Assembly: GCA_905331295.1 (NCBI GenBank)
Contig: CAJNYD010000171.1
Coordinates: 62,001-92,616, forward strand
Length of the DNA: 30,616 bases
Direction of reading: 5' to 3'
From: Rotaria socialis
Taxonomy: Eukaryota
This document shows, one piece after another, positions 1 through 11,817 of this stretch (position 1 is the first letter of the stretch; each line of letters starts with the position of its first letter). Below the pieces are notes generated by a model, which was given only the letters and a program-made list of their open reading frames with translations, was not told where the DNA came from and searched no databases. The translations under genes were made by a program, and so were the position numbers.

Positions 1-277
1 TGTATCTGATTGATGGAGCAGTGTTTCAACGTTTCGATATCCGTAGTCACATTGTGATAAAAACAACTTAAAACTACTAAAAAGTTTATTTATCGCGAAC
101 AGCAAATGCAACTACGTGTTCTAGAAGTTTACGAACGAATTACTGATCTGTCGAAACCTTAACTTTTCTCTTATTACGTTCTAGGAATGCGCTTAAAATC
201 AATACGAACTAGAATGAAAGAAATTTTCGAAAAAAATTACGCCCTGCGAATACATCATAGTACATAATCAATTGAGT

Positions 278-892
278 CTACCTCGATTTTTTGTGCGAAT
301 CATCCGATGTTTTATGTTGAATTTGTGGCATTTTATTTTTCCATAGTGGTTTTCTTTGTCGATTTAAATTGTCATCATCAATGAGAAATTCATCTTCGGG
401 TACATGAAAATCCATTGAAACAGTTAGACTTTCATATGAATCATGAAAATTTTGTTCAGGTTGTTGCAGTTGAGTAGAATCTCTTGGGAAACGTTTGTTA
501 TTAAAATAGGTAACAACTTTCTTTGCATCGGTATGAAGTAATGCCTGCATTGGAGACGGGGGTGGTGGCAAAAGTAGCCAATGTCCACGTCGATCAAGAC
601 GACAATAACTGGGCGGTTTCTTTGATGCTTTCTCATAATCGATACCATAGGATCGTGGTATTGTTGAATAGTCATCAAGAGTTTCCCATCCATAATCATT
701 TCGATTGTCGGAGAATGTTGATGTTTGAATAGGTTGATTATGAATAAATGACGAGTGTACGGATGATAGCGCTGCACCGGGTAAATCCTGCCATGAATCC
801 GTCGAACATTGTTCATCAAATTTAAATTTATCAGTTGTAAATAATAATTTTTTAATGTCAGTTTTAGATGAAAATAAGTTGAAATCTGACAT
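278..892 (-). CDS. 204-aa low-complexity, Pro/Ser-rich ORF (MSDFNLFSSK...DDSHKKSR). Either a nested single-exon gene or an alternative first exon of the myosin gene
   Basis: ATG at 892-890 (the track's start at 931 is a TTG). 615-nt open frame in AT-rich DNA containing KKPPSY and LLLPPPPSP. The TAG stop overlaps a donor-like AG|GTAGAC at 282/281. Confidence 0.6.
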   Translation of the reverse strand: MSDFNLFSSKTDIKKLLFTTDKFKFDEQCSTDSWQDLPGAALSSVHSSFIHNQPIQTSTFSDNRNDYGWETLDDYSTIPRSYGIDYEKASKKPPSYCRLDRRGHWLLLPPPPSPMQALLHTDAKKVVTYFNNKRFPRDSTQLQQPEQNFHDSYESLTVSMDFHVPEDEFLIDDDNLNRQRKPLWKNKMPQIQHKTSDDSHKKSR

Positions 893-1885
893 TACGTACA
901 ATAAGAAACGACGAAAAACAAAACAATACAATAGTAATTATGAATAGAAAGAACGATCGTGGAACGGCAATAGACTCTGTTTAGTTAGTCAGCTATTCGA
1001 CGATGGAGACTAATCGATAGATAAACAATACACAAAAAAAAGACGCTTGACCGTATTGTATATGCCTTTTTTTCTGTTTCTCGCTCTATTCCCCTCCTCT
1101 TTATCTCTATTGAAACAAATTCTTGTTTATTGAATATAAAACTAACCAACAGTCAAGCGCACAATACGAACACAACGATAGAGAATAGACCTAATTTTTC
1201 TAATCTGGACAGTCAACAATGATATACATTTTCCTAGTGCATAAAAATGAGAATTAATTAAAGACGCCAGACGATCATTTATGTGAATAGACAATCAGTC
1301 TTAAAATTGTTTACCTTGAATAATAATGATGTAAGATTACGAACAAAAAGAAAAAAACGAAGAGAGATTCAGATTCTATGTTGAATAACACACAATGACA
1401 TAATGAAACATGAATAAGACATCTGTATAAAACAAATCATTTAGATATGTCATCCTAACTTCATGAAAATAATTATCCTGCGCGTAATACTTTACATATA
1501 GGTAACACCTAATGTTCCGCGATAAATATATATAAATAACGGTGAGATATTTTAAAATGTAACTTGTTAATTGAACTGAGATTTTCATCGATGAGTATAG
1601 AGACATAAAAATGTCAGTCTCAAGAAATGTGCTGTTCTTGAAATAAAGCATTTGAACATTCTTACCATTCTACATGACACATCTTACGATTTGGAATATT
1701 CAATATACCCACGCTCCGCATCTCATCTAGGCGAAAGTGTCCAATTTTATCGACTCATAAATTCTTCACTAGAATTTCAATAAAAGCGCGTGCAGTTGAA
1801 CTTGCCATAGAAATCTACTGGCCTCAATGGGAATTCAATGGATGAGTTACACTTATATGTGCGCATTCATTCATAGTCGGGTAAT

Positions 1886-2265
1886 CGGAAGCGTGACCAG
1901 GAATCTTCAGGAAGGGGTCGTCACCTGATGAAGTCTAAAAAGCGGAAAATAGCGGAAACAAAAACAGAAAAAGCGGACGCTTATATTTTGTAATGCTTCT
2001 ATGAATATTAGGCATTTTTTCATATTTATTGGATTTCTTTTTATTTCATCAAAATTTCAAACATAAAAGAACGATGACTCACGGTATTTGTAAACAATAA
2101 GAATTGATTCAATAATATCAAATATTATTCTGTACGTATGTTTGATATGCAACACGTTTTATACAAAAAAGCGGACGAGGTGGCAACCCTGGTCGTCACA
2201 GAAAAAAAATGATCTGAAAACGAATAGGTCCGTACTCACTCCAGGTGTTTCAATATACGCCCCTG
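1886..2265. mobile_element. Degenerate hAT-like non-autonomous element (host of a nested insertion)
   Basis: Right end tacgcccctg (=CAGGGGCGTA) and degenerate left end cggaagcgtgaccagg. Flanks cgggtaat (1878-1885) and ctgataat (2266-2273) match at 6/8, consistent with an old 8-bp TSD. Confidence 0.4.
1925..2191. mobile_element. hAT-type MITE with a CAGGGTTGCCAC terminus; left TIR missing
   Basis: Right end gaggtggcaaccctg. Exact 8-bp duplication gtcgtcac at 1917-1924 and 2192-2199. Subterminal aaaagcgga repeats at both ends. Confidence 0.65.
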
Positions 2266-3220
2266 CTGATAATCTGAGCTAGAGGCGCATCTGGACGAAT
2301 AATGATAACGTTTATTTGGGCTCAGGCATTTCCGAAAGTGTATAGGTTTCATTTAAAGGAAACATTAAAAGAAAGCAAAAGAATAATATCGAATCTCGAT
2401 ACGTTTGCAAATCATCGATAGAGTCTAAACAGTTCTACTTCGTCTTCTATAATTTTCTAGAAGATTCCCTTTCGAGCAAAGAACATCTGAGTTAAAATCA
2501 TCGAGTTTCACTTCCGCGAAATATTCAACACTCTTAGCAAAAACAACTATCAATCACACCTTAACACATAATAAATACAGTCTTCTGCCTACTACTAAAA
2601 GCGATACGAAAAACAATTCTCTTCGATTGTGATATTATTAAATGTTATGATAGAAATAAAAACGAAGCAGAAACATCGCGTATCGACAGTAAACAACAAT
2701 CGAAAAAAAAAATAGCGAAGAGAGACATGTACAGATCTTTAAAACAAAACGCGCAACTATCCTTTTCCTATAAATATTATTTAACGACTCGACATTTCTT
2801 TTTTTTTCATGATGTCCTAAGACATTTCATACATAAATGTTAATAACATTACAGAGCGAAGAAACAATAAAAAAAATCGAATTATTTTGATCTTACGTGC
2901 TTGAACAAAATATTTTTACGAGGACATTAAATGAATAGCAATAGTTGTGTACAGAAACAGCGATTCAAATAGAAAACTGTCCTTCATCATTCTTTCTTTT
3001 ATTCAAAAAAATACAATCCTCCGACGATCGACAAAAGAATAAAGTATAAACTTCCTTCTTTTGTCGTTCATTTTATTTTATCTTGTCACCCTTCTACTTC
3101 TCGCACTCGTTTTTTGTTTGCTTTGTACTTCCCATTAGTCTTTCGTCTAGGTCTCTCTTTCTTTTCGTCATCAAATAGTGAGATAAATACACATACACAT
3201 ACATACAAATACAGAAAAAA

Positions 3221-3247
3221 TCTTCTTCTTCTTCTTCTTCTTCTTCT
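3221..3247. repeat. (CTT)n microsatellite
   Basis: tcttcttcttcttcttcttcttcttct run seen directly. Confidence 0.85.
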
Positions 3248-3501
3248 TTTTTCTTCATTCTCATTTATATTTGTCTATGTCACGAACGAAGGTGACAACA
3301 GTACAAACACAACAAGTAGACTAAACGAGTTTGGAAGAATGTTGAGTAATCTAACCGACGGGACAATGGAGATCGACAGATAGAACAGAGAGGAAGAAGA
3401 AGAAAAATTCTGTATAAACAAATGAGGAGAAAAAAACCGAACCCTTTCAACACATTCGTCGACTGAATGTAAATGTGACATTTACATATTGACCCACGTA
3501 C

Positions 3502-6500
3502 CTGACAAATGACGGTTCAGCATCTCTCATTTTGTCCAGCAATTCAGTGAGAGATACTTTAAAATGAAGAGTAACCGTGTTTTGACTAAAACGTTCCTTT
3601 GGAACGCTGCAACTTTTCGTAAATGGTCTTCTAAAAAAGAAAATTTATTGTGAGAAGAAAATGCAGCGTTCACATACGAATCTTGTCGAAATAATTTAGC
3701 AGTTTTTTGACTAAAACTTTCTTTTGTACATTCAGTTTCATATGATTTAGCATGACAAGTTGTTTGGAAACCGATAGATTGAGATTTATTTTCATTATCC
3801 GTTATTTTAAATTGCGAACTAAACATAAAAAGTTATGATCCAGTAAAGATCCTTGATTTATTCATTTTTGTGTATTAAAGCAAATATTATTTATATTTAC
3901 TTCCGTAAAGAAAATAACATAATCAAGAATTTTCGTTCGTGGGATTTTAAAGGACGATCGTATGGGATTAAGAGAAATATTTTCTATTAAAAATCATTTC
4001 TCAAACAAATACAATTTAGGACATGAAAGAAAAAGAATGCCTATTGTAGATTCAATATTCATACGGTTGAAGCCGAACAAAAATCGTGCACCAAAAGCGT
4101 TCTTCAATGGTTGCCTATAATCTCATCGACATTCTACACTGGCGTATCATTGTGCATTGCTTGTCAATCCATTGATAGCAGTTTTAGAGTTGAATCAAAC
4201 AAAATGTTGATCAGCCGTGATTTTTAGCTCATACGAAATTATATCAGGCAGCCGGAAACATAAATTCGATTTCCTGAAGTTCAAGTTCTTAAGGAAAATT
4301 GTTAGTTCTCAATGGCTACGGGCTTTGAAGTGTGAAATATAACGTAGCGATTGCTGTTAATCACAGGAAGATAGTTTTATTCTGTTTATTGTGCGACACA
4401 TTTTGCTCACTATCCTTTTACCTAATCCTCTACAAATGTAATAAAGAAACAGTTCATATATATTTAACGAGACGCTATTGATTTATGCTCTTTGATCGTA
4501 GATCAACAACGTCTGTCACGGTCTGCGGTAAGTTGTTGCGAACGTGGCAGCCGTGGTTTCTTGCTGAATTGATGAAGGTGCAAATTTTCAGCCCCCACAT
4601 GTTTCACAATACGAAAGGTGGGAGAAGGTTATTAACGATCTCTATCGAGGACAGAATACGGTAAGCTATTTGTCTATCTACCCCGTGCTTAATTAATTGC
4701 GTAAATGCATATTTAGAAATCTACGTTTCTTCTCCTTAAAATTTTACTTACGCCAACGATATTCCAGTATCCGACGAATGACTTATATCATCAGTCGTAT
4801 GAAATAGATGACTAATTAATTCAATTCCACTTTTTTCCATACATTCAATTAAATTTGCACTGAGATTGTCTCGATTTTTTTCTAAAAATCCACGAGCATC
4901 ATAAACAACCTGAACGATAAAAGCGAAAATCACAAAAAGAGCTACGCTATCTTCGTAAACATTCTGTTCGTACTTTGCCGGCATAATGATGAATACCAAA
5001 AGCCGATTCATTGCCTCTCGGTTTAATATATCTTGGATGAGCTTTACAATGACTATGAAATTTTTGTACAAGTGATTCATCGTTTGCTTTTGGAAAACGT
5101 GATTCTTCATCAAGTAATGCCAATATGCCCAATGTCTATTTAATTTGAAAACATAATTCAGAGGAAATTCAGTTTCTTTTCAATCAAACTTACACCCATA
5201 AATAATTCAATTAAATCTTCATTATTTTGAAACTGAACTTTGTGACATGATACGCCTTCGGCTCGATAATCGTGTTCTTCTTGTAGAAAAATATGTTCAT
5301 TAAAATAATACTGTAGATGTTCATTAGCAACGTTGATACATAGTTGTTCAAAGCTGTTCACCTGAAAGTTTTCAAAACCTGACATATCTAATATTGAACA
5401 TGTACGCTCGATGTTATCATCGGTTTGATTGTATCTATTTAATGAACAAAAAAATGTTTATGTTTTAATATTTTAAATATTTACCGTCGATTTGGTTGCA
5501 ATAGAATATTGATCTGTTTAACAATCCACGAAAATAAACGTTCATATAAAGCTTTCGCAAGCGCATCACGACAATCGTTAGCTTGATCGAAATTTTTTAA
5601 ACTTATTACACGTTCATCTATCAGAATCATTTTTTATAACAATGTCAAAACGCTTGTAGGGAATAGTTTTCTGAAATACCTTTAGTCATACTGAACGTCG
5701 AAATGAGAGCCATAGTTAACATTTCTTGGTCAAGTACAAGTAGACTGCAGACTAGAATAGTAATAATAACAATGTTTTCTTATTCAAAACGGAACCGAAG
5801 GTCATTCATATATTTTTTATAGAAGCAGAAGAATAAAAAACAGAACGAGATTTAAACTAAATATTGTTTGTGGTGACTATTCGATGATGAAGCTAAGTTC
5901 CTGGGCTTAGATGATATAGATTTTCTTGATCAAAAATTCGAATTATATACTAGTTAGACTAGAAAGTAGTATTTCATGAAATTTCAGCTATCTGATCTTG
6001 ACATGTACCAAGTGAGCGCGTACTGTGCTCAAGAAAAAAATGATCGTATCACTATCCTTCGCGGCAGCAAATGGTGAAGTAGAGTCAGTTGGAAACCTTC
6101 TACTCACTTGTGAATACTTTTATCTGACATAAAGAGATTAAGAAAAGCTTCATAGAAAATTCTGCAATGACTGCTAATCTTTAGTTCCTGTTGAATTATG
6201 CTCAACTCGTTCGAAAAATAAAGTCACAGTCTGATTATTTTTCGAAGTAAATCTACAAAATAATACGATCATCATGCTAAAGACTTGATTAGAATTAAAT
6301 AATTAAATATCATTCTCCCAAATCGATCATAGTTCGTAATCTGCAGCTTTCTAAATTTATGAAAAATCCAATAAAAACATCCGCGTGCAAAACTTTAACA
6401 GAATGAAGCTGAAAATGCACCAAATTTTTATCTAGTTGTCTAAGAATGTTTAGAATTTAACACATTCTGCAGTTTCGAAACTGAAATACCGTGCAACACT

Positions 6501-7823
6501 TAGACTACATACCAACTTCTAATGGATATTCGTCTTCAATGTAGACGCCATCTGTTTCCTCATCATGAGAAAAGCGAATATTAGTTAAATGAAGAATTGC
6601 CGAAAGAATCGTAAATACCATATTAATATCCTCGAAAAAACAAAATTTCAAAGAATGAGATTGATTATTTTTCTTCTTCAAATATAAAATCTAACTTCTC
6701 TAGTAAATCCTAATCGTTGCATAATTTCTTTTTGTGTATTAAACATTTGTCGACAATATGCAACATCGGATCGATCTGGAAATACTTTTCCTCCGCATGG
6801 ATCTTTTAAAATTCTATAAAAGAAAAAAAGCGGTATCGCAATGCAAGCACAAAACAACAAATTCCTACCGATAAGTTTCCGGATCGTCCAAATAAAAATA
6901 TTCTAATGTTTCTTTTTCCAAACCAGCAAATAAATAATAGAAAAAATGAAATGTTCGTTCACCTGGACCATGTTGAACCACGCGCGACTTTTCAAGTAAA
7001 TACTCATAAACTTTCGCTTGAAAACAAAGAAAATTATTTCATTTCAATAGAAACAACAATACCATCATACCACCGATAATTCGACCCGTGTCAGTAAAAT
7101 TTAGTTGAAGATATTTTCCGAAACGACTGGAGTTTTGATTCATACATGTTTGAGCATTTCCAAATGCTTCTAGCAGTGGTGACGTCTACAATTATTATCA
7201 TGAGAGAGTGAGAGAGAGAGAGAAAATGCTAATTCAATTCATTTGAATACAAACTTCAATAATTCGATTTTGTAATTCTCGATCACCAGCGTCACCTGAA
7301 CAATGTATGATATGTGAAACAATAAGTTTTGTTGATTCCGTTTTTCCTACAGACAAGAAAATAAGATCGAAATTCGATTTAACAATGAATTATACCAGCT
7401 CCACTTTCGCCTGAAACAGCAATACATTGCGACGTTTTCGATAAACAAAGCTTTCGATACGCTTGATCAGCAATCCAAAAAAGATGTGGGACTAATTGAT
7501 TTCGATATTGAACATATTTATATAGATCATGTTGCTAGAATACTTCCGTAGAGAGTTCTTGTTTTTTTTAAACTTTTCAAGAAACAAACCTGCTTTTCAT
7601 AGATATTCAATTGTTTAAATGGATTTATAGCAATAAGAACATCTCCGATATACGTCTATGAATTCAAATGAATTTTCAAAATAGCAAACAATAGAAGAAT
7701 GAAACTTACATAGATTATTCCTTTTTTGTATCTAGCGCGTAATTCACGTAGTAAACTTTCTTTATCGAGAACGGTTAATGTTGATAGATCATCGATTTCT
7801 CCTGAACCTACTTTAATAACCAT
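3502..7823 (-). CDS. Unconventional myosin motor domain, class III-like, 5' part (15 exons, ~648 codons); 3' part not in window
   Basis: Exons 7823-7710, 7655-7590, 7534-7396, 7346-7255, 7185-7071, 7016-6869, 6813-6696, 6630-6513, 5751-5680, 5617-5485, 5434-5194, 5135-4974, 4909-4752, 3818-3678, 3630-3502, all GT-AG and in frame. Motifs: [20 protein letters not shown]-loop [93 protein letters not shown]. Confidence 0.93.
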
Positions 7824-9057
7824 CGTTTTCCTTTATAATAAACTTGAGCATATAGCAAAACGATGGTCGCCTTCGATTAACTAGTTCAGTATATGAGCTA
7901 TCGTTTGTGTACATAGAGAACAAACGTCAATGCAAGACTTCGAATGAGGACACATTCATTCATATGTTTAATCAAACGAATTTCGTTTCGATGTCATCAA
8001 TCGGAAGGGAAGAAAGATATGTATACGGATAAAGAGAACAGAAGAATACGATAAAAATCACAGGATGTCATGTTGGGACGATCAGGAAGAGAGTGAAATA
8101 GGTGATGTATATATTTGCTCATCTTCGTGATGTTGGAAGTCAACAGTATATGTCAAATAGAGCGTATACGTGATTCACTTGTCCTTGATTATTTTTCAAT
8201 TTTAATTGTTTTGTCCACGAAAAAATACAATTTCTGCTACTGAGGGCATTCGTCGTTTTCTTTTCTATGAGAATTTACTTTCTGCTGATTGTTTGGATAG
8301 AAGAAACGTCAAACGACCACTTATTGAAATATTCAAGGTATTGCCAGAATAGAAAAAATCTAATAAATATATGTAATTACAAGTAACCTAAAATACAAAG
8401 AGAAAGAATTATTTTATTTTTTGATGGATGTTGAAAATATCTCTGTCCCTCAACTTTCAGGAACGATGGAACAGCAATGCGACCTTCACCAAAGCGTTTC
8501 CACAATTTCTAAATACGTATGTTCATTACGTCGTCGCCCCCCCCCCTCCCCTTAATCAATGTTTTGCTAATTAGGAACTTTAACTAGGCTTTTCCCATCA
8601 AAATATACCTGATTCTTAGCGTTTTAACCTGGCAATATTCAAAGAATGTGTTCGCAATTAAAGTGACACTCATAAAACCCTGAAAATCGCCTTAGTTTTC
8701 TGGAAAACCTTTTAATTAAATATTAGGAAAAAATGTAGTCATAGAAGACCCGGGATCGTTTATTGTGGAGGTTAGTAACACTGGCAAAACTCGTTGCCGT
8801 TACATTACATTTTTCACGTACCCAATACTCGGAATCATTTTGGTTTTTGCTTTTCCGATAGTATCGATAATCGGAGAAAAAAATGATGTATTCATATACT
8901 TTTGTAGACATTTTATGCAAAGATTATCATGTTGACAACTATTTTAGTCCGCAAATTAATGAGCACTGCTGATTATTGATGAATTCTCCTTCCAATTGGA
9001 AAATTTATTGAAGTTTGTTCTGACAACACATTGGCTACTCATTTTTTGCTCCAAACT

Positions 9058-9262
9058 AGGGGCGGAACCAGGGGAGGGGGCTGCGTCTGCGCGCCCCCCC
9101 CCCCCCATCCCACCGCTGCAAAACAAAAAGTTCTATGAAACGAAAATCTAGTACCCACCTTCCTAGCATTTTGCGAAACACGATTTGAAAGGAGTGTCGA
9201 CGTCTGTAGGATAGAAATTTTGACTCGTCTCCCAGACTGTTGCAGATAAATAAATAAATAAA
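9058..9262. repeat. Repeat remnants: hAT-like terminus TAGGGGCGGAACCAGG, poly-C run, and a (TAAA)n-tailed segment resembling a retroposon 3' end
   Basis: GC-rich terminus at 9058 resembles the TAGTGGCGGCGCCAGG end at 18813. gactcgtctccc...ataaataaataaataaa at ~9222-9262. No partner TIR or TSD found. Confidence 0.3.
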
Positions 9263-9724
9263 TTTCTCTGTCACGGTCTGTGGTGGTCTCTAGAGACTTC
9301 ATGCATCATGATACAGCTCGTGGTAGAGTGTTCCAGAAAAGGAGTTTCATCGTATTTCACATTTTAATCCCACAGGGATTGCGCTAACAGCTTTTCTGGT
9401 TACGCCAATAGTCCAAACAAACAACGAGAAGTAAGTCCATGACAAGTAAATCGTGCAAACCATTTACAATAGATGAACTTTTATATCATCGTCATTGGTT
9501 TATCGACTTTACTTTTCTTTTGATTTCAATTATGTACTGTGTAAAGGTATAATATATTATCTGATGTGTAATCCACTACTTGTACGATAAGATCTTATTT
9601 GACAATTATATATTAATTATGATCTATTTATTGATGTTAGTTTGCGTGAATTTGAGTTTTTCAATTACAATACCAGATTTAAGAAATAAACTACTATTAG
9701 ATAGAAAACGAATTCGATTTTATT

Positions 9725-10775
9725 ATGAACGATGAAAGATATGTGACGATAATCACAGAAAAATGTGAGAAGTTCACGTTTAGAAATTATTCAAAGACTT
9801 CTCGATAATAATGACTAAAGCACATGCGACAAATTATGAACTGGTACAAAAAGGTGATGACACAAGTAAGAAAATGGTGGATGGAATGTTGTTTTTTTCA
9901 TTTCATTTAGGTTGATAATACTCTTTCGACTGATTTAAATCATTTCAATTGCTAATCGAAAATTTCAGCTGAAGAAAAAATTTCTTTAATGCCAACTTTT
10001 CTAAGTCAAATATCATCATTAATAATTCATCGTATTTAAGAACCAATCAATGAAGTATCTCGTTTTGAAATTCTTGAATTTCCTGGTGATTCTATTGATT
10101 TGTTAATGATATGCATCGACAAATTATATTTGAAGCTGGAAAACTTAATTTACTTTCGATACAAATTGAATCAGCAGTTTTACATGTTATTCAAATGTTT
10201 TTGTTGGTGAAGATGATTATAAATCAAAACCATTTAAATAGAAAATAAATGATATTAGTATACTCAGCTATATCAAACATATAGATCAACGAAGTAATGT
10301 TCTATGGATCTAATGCACTTTGATCAACACAAACATTAGCAATACAAATGTTTGCTCTTCGACAAGTTATTGAACAAAAAGATTTTTATTCACTAATTAA
10401 ACCTTGTGATCTTCTTGATATAATTGCTTTATGATTTCTAGCTGCTATGTGTTATCCAGGTGGTAGTAAAAATGATATATCTGAAAGATTAAAACGTCAT
10501 TTTGTTTTATATTAAATTTTACTTTAACATCAAATGATGCAGTTGATCATACGTTGTTAAGGAAAATATTTTGTTTAGAAAGACATTTTTCTATTGAGAT
10601 TATTCAAATTGTTCAAGAATCTATTTCAACTACAAGAATTTTATGGTAACTAGTTAAAGGGAAATTTTTATCAATATGAGCTAAATTTGATTACATATTC
10701 AATTTAAAAGATTTATCATGCATATGTGAAGGTATATTACAAATTGATTCTGAACAATGGCAAAAAAATATTAAT
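9725..10775 (+). pseudogene. Decayed axonemal (outer-arm, DNAH5/8-like) dynein heavy chain fragment
   Basis: 10357-10775 translates as LRQVIEQKDFYSLIKPCDLLDIIAL*FLAAMCYPGGSKNDISERLKRHF, then after a frameshift FTLTSNDAVDH..FCLERHFSIEIIQIV..TRILW*LVKGKFLSI*AKFDYIFNLKDLS. This resembles the AAA3 region of outer-arm dynein (RQLME..GFY.L.KPG..FLAAM.HPGGGRNDIP.RLKR.F...AKFHY.FNL.DLS). Stops and frameshifts are present. The upstream part (9725-10350) is less certain. Confidence 0.85.
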
Positions 10776-11604
10776 CGGCTTGTCCATGTAACGCGCTACT
10801 TCGCTGATCAAGTTTTTAAAAAATTTTTTTTTCGATATGGGCAGATTTAAGCGTATTTTCTGGTACAGTTTTTTGCGCTGATTATAAATTTGTGCTTTTT
10901 CTTAAAAAAATTGAGTTTTTGCATCGAAAACCGCGTTTTAAAGTTTTCAAAAATCGTGTCTTCAATTTTCTAACCAAGAAATTTAAAACAAAAATGCAGA
11001 CTAATATACCATTCGATGCAGAATTTGATTCTCTACAAAATAGCCAATTTAATTTTTACTATCATTTCTCAGGACAACTTCTAAGCTCTTGTACAGTTTC
11101 TAACTTCCTGTGCAATTATTGAGCTCCTACCCCGAAGAATCATTCCGACAATGGTCAGCCAGTGAATATACCGAACACCATATGTGTTTCAATAAAATCG
11201 ACGAAATCTTATGGGATTCCTGGACACGGACCGACAGTCGGATCCGATGTTGGATTTTGACGGAATCTAACTCTAACGAATCACCCTTGCGCTCTGATGG
11301 CTCAAAATGCTTATTTGATCGTGAATAAGAAAATGATTTTTTTCCGGCGGAGTCGACAATAGGTCCGCGTCCAGGAATCCTATCGGATTCTGTCGGGGAG
11401 TCGGATCCCATAGGATTCGATAAGATCCGTTGTCGGATTCATTCACCTGGGATATTTCAATGTAGGGACTTGATCTTTTTACAGAAGGATATATGTACGG
11501 CAGTAGTCAATGTATAAATAAACATTAAATATTTTTAAGCATGTTGAGTGTTTCAAATTTGGTCGACACAAAAATGTATCACAGCGTTACGGTTGGACAA
11601 GCCG
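10776..11604. mobile_element. Non-autonomous TIR element (possibly Tc1/mariner-like) interrupting the dynein remnant
   Basis: Left cggcttgtccatgtaacgc versus right gcgttacggttggacaagccg (reverse complement cggcttgtccaaccgtaacgc). TA follows the right end. No transposase ORF. Confidence 0.65.
11130..11451. mobile_element. GC-richer MITE with CCC...GGG ends nested in the 10776-11604 element
   Basis: Left ccccgaagaatcattccgacaa versus reverse complement of right end cccaggtgaatgaatccgacaa. Many internal tcggat/atccga sub-repeats. Confidence 0.55.
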
Positions 11605-11712
11605 TAATAATATTTCAATACAAGCAGATATTTTCTTCTAAGAGGATTTCAAGTTTTGCCAATGAGACTTGCGCCAATTGTAACAGCAAAACATCAATGT
11701 AAGATACATCTT

Positions 11713-11817
11713 GAGAGTATAGATCTGACTAGGGGGAAAAGACGGATTCTTAGGATTTTGAAAATCCCAAAATCCCAAATCCGCGTGTTCCCCCGTATAT
11801 TGTAAGCTTTCTCACAT
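11713..11817 (+). repeat. Hairpin repeat, copy 1
   Basis: gggggaaaagacggatt...aatccgcgtgttccccc stem, preceded by gagagta and followed by gctttctcaca. Similar to 16000-16102. Confidence 0.6.

Noticed and set aside
424..819. ORFs 424-819 (-) and 523-732 (+)
   Set aside because: Alternative-frame or antisense shadows of the 278-892 ORF.
3114..3481. ORFs with poly-Leu or poly-Ser
   Set aside because: Produced by CTT/GAA microsatellites, with no coding signal.
4500..4680. GC-richer, coding-looking stretch in myosin intron 13
   Set aside because: No acceptor/donor pair found that keeps the myosin frame without a stop.
9039..9302. Overlapping ORFs with poly-Gly
   Set aside because: Caused by the poly-C run in repeat remnants.
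11110..11411. ORFs on both strands, and a CRISPR-like impression from repeated tcggat units
   Set aside because: Internal to a MITE. The repeats are irregular, with no constant repeat-spacer period and no cas genes in a eukaryotic context.
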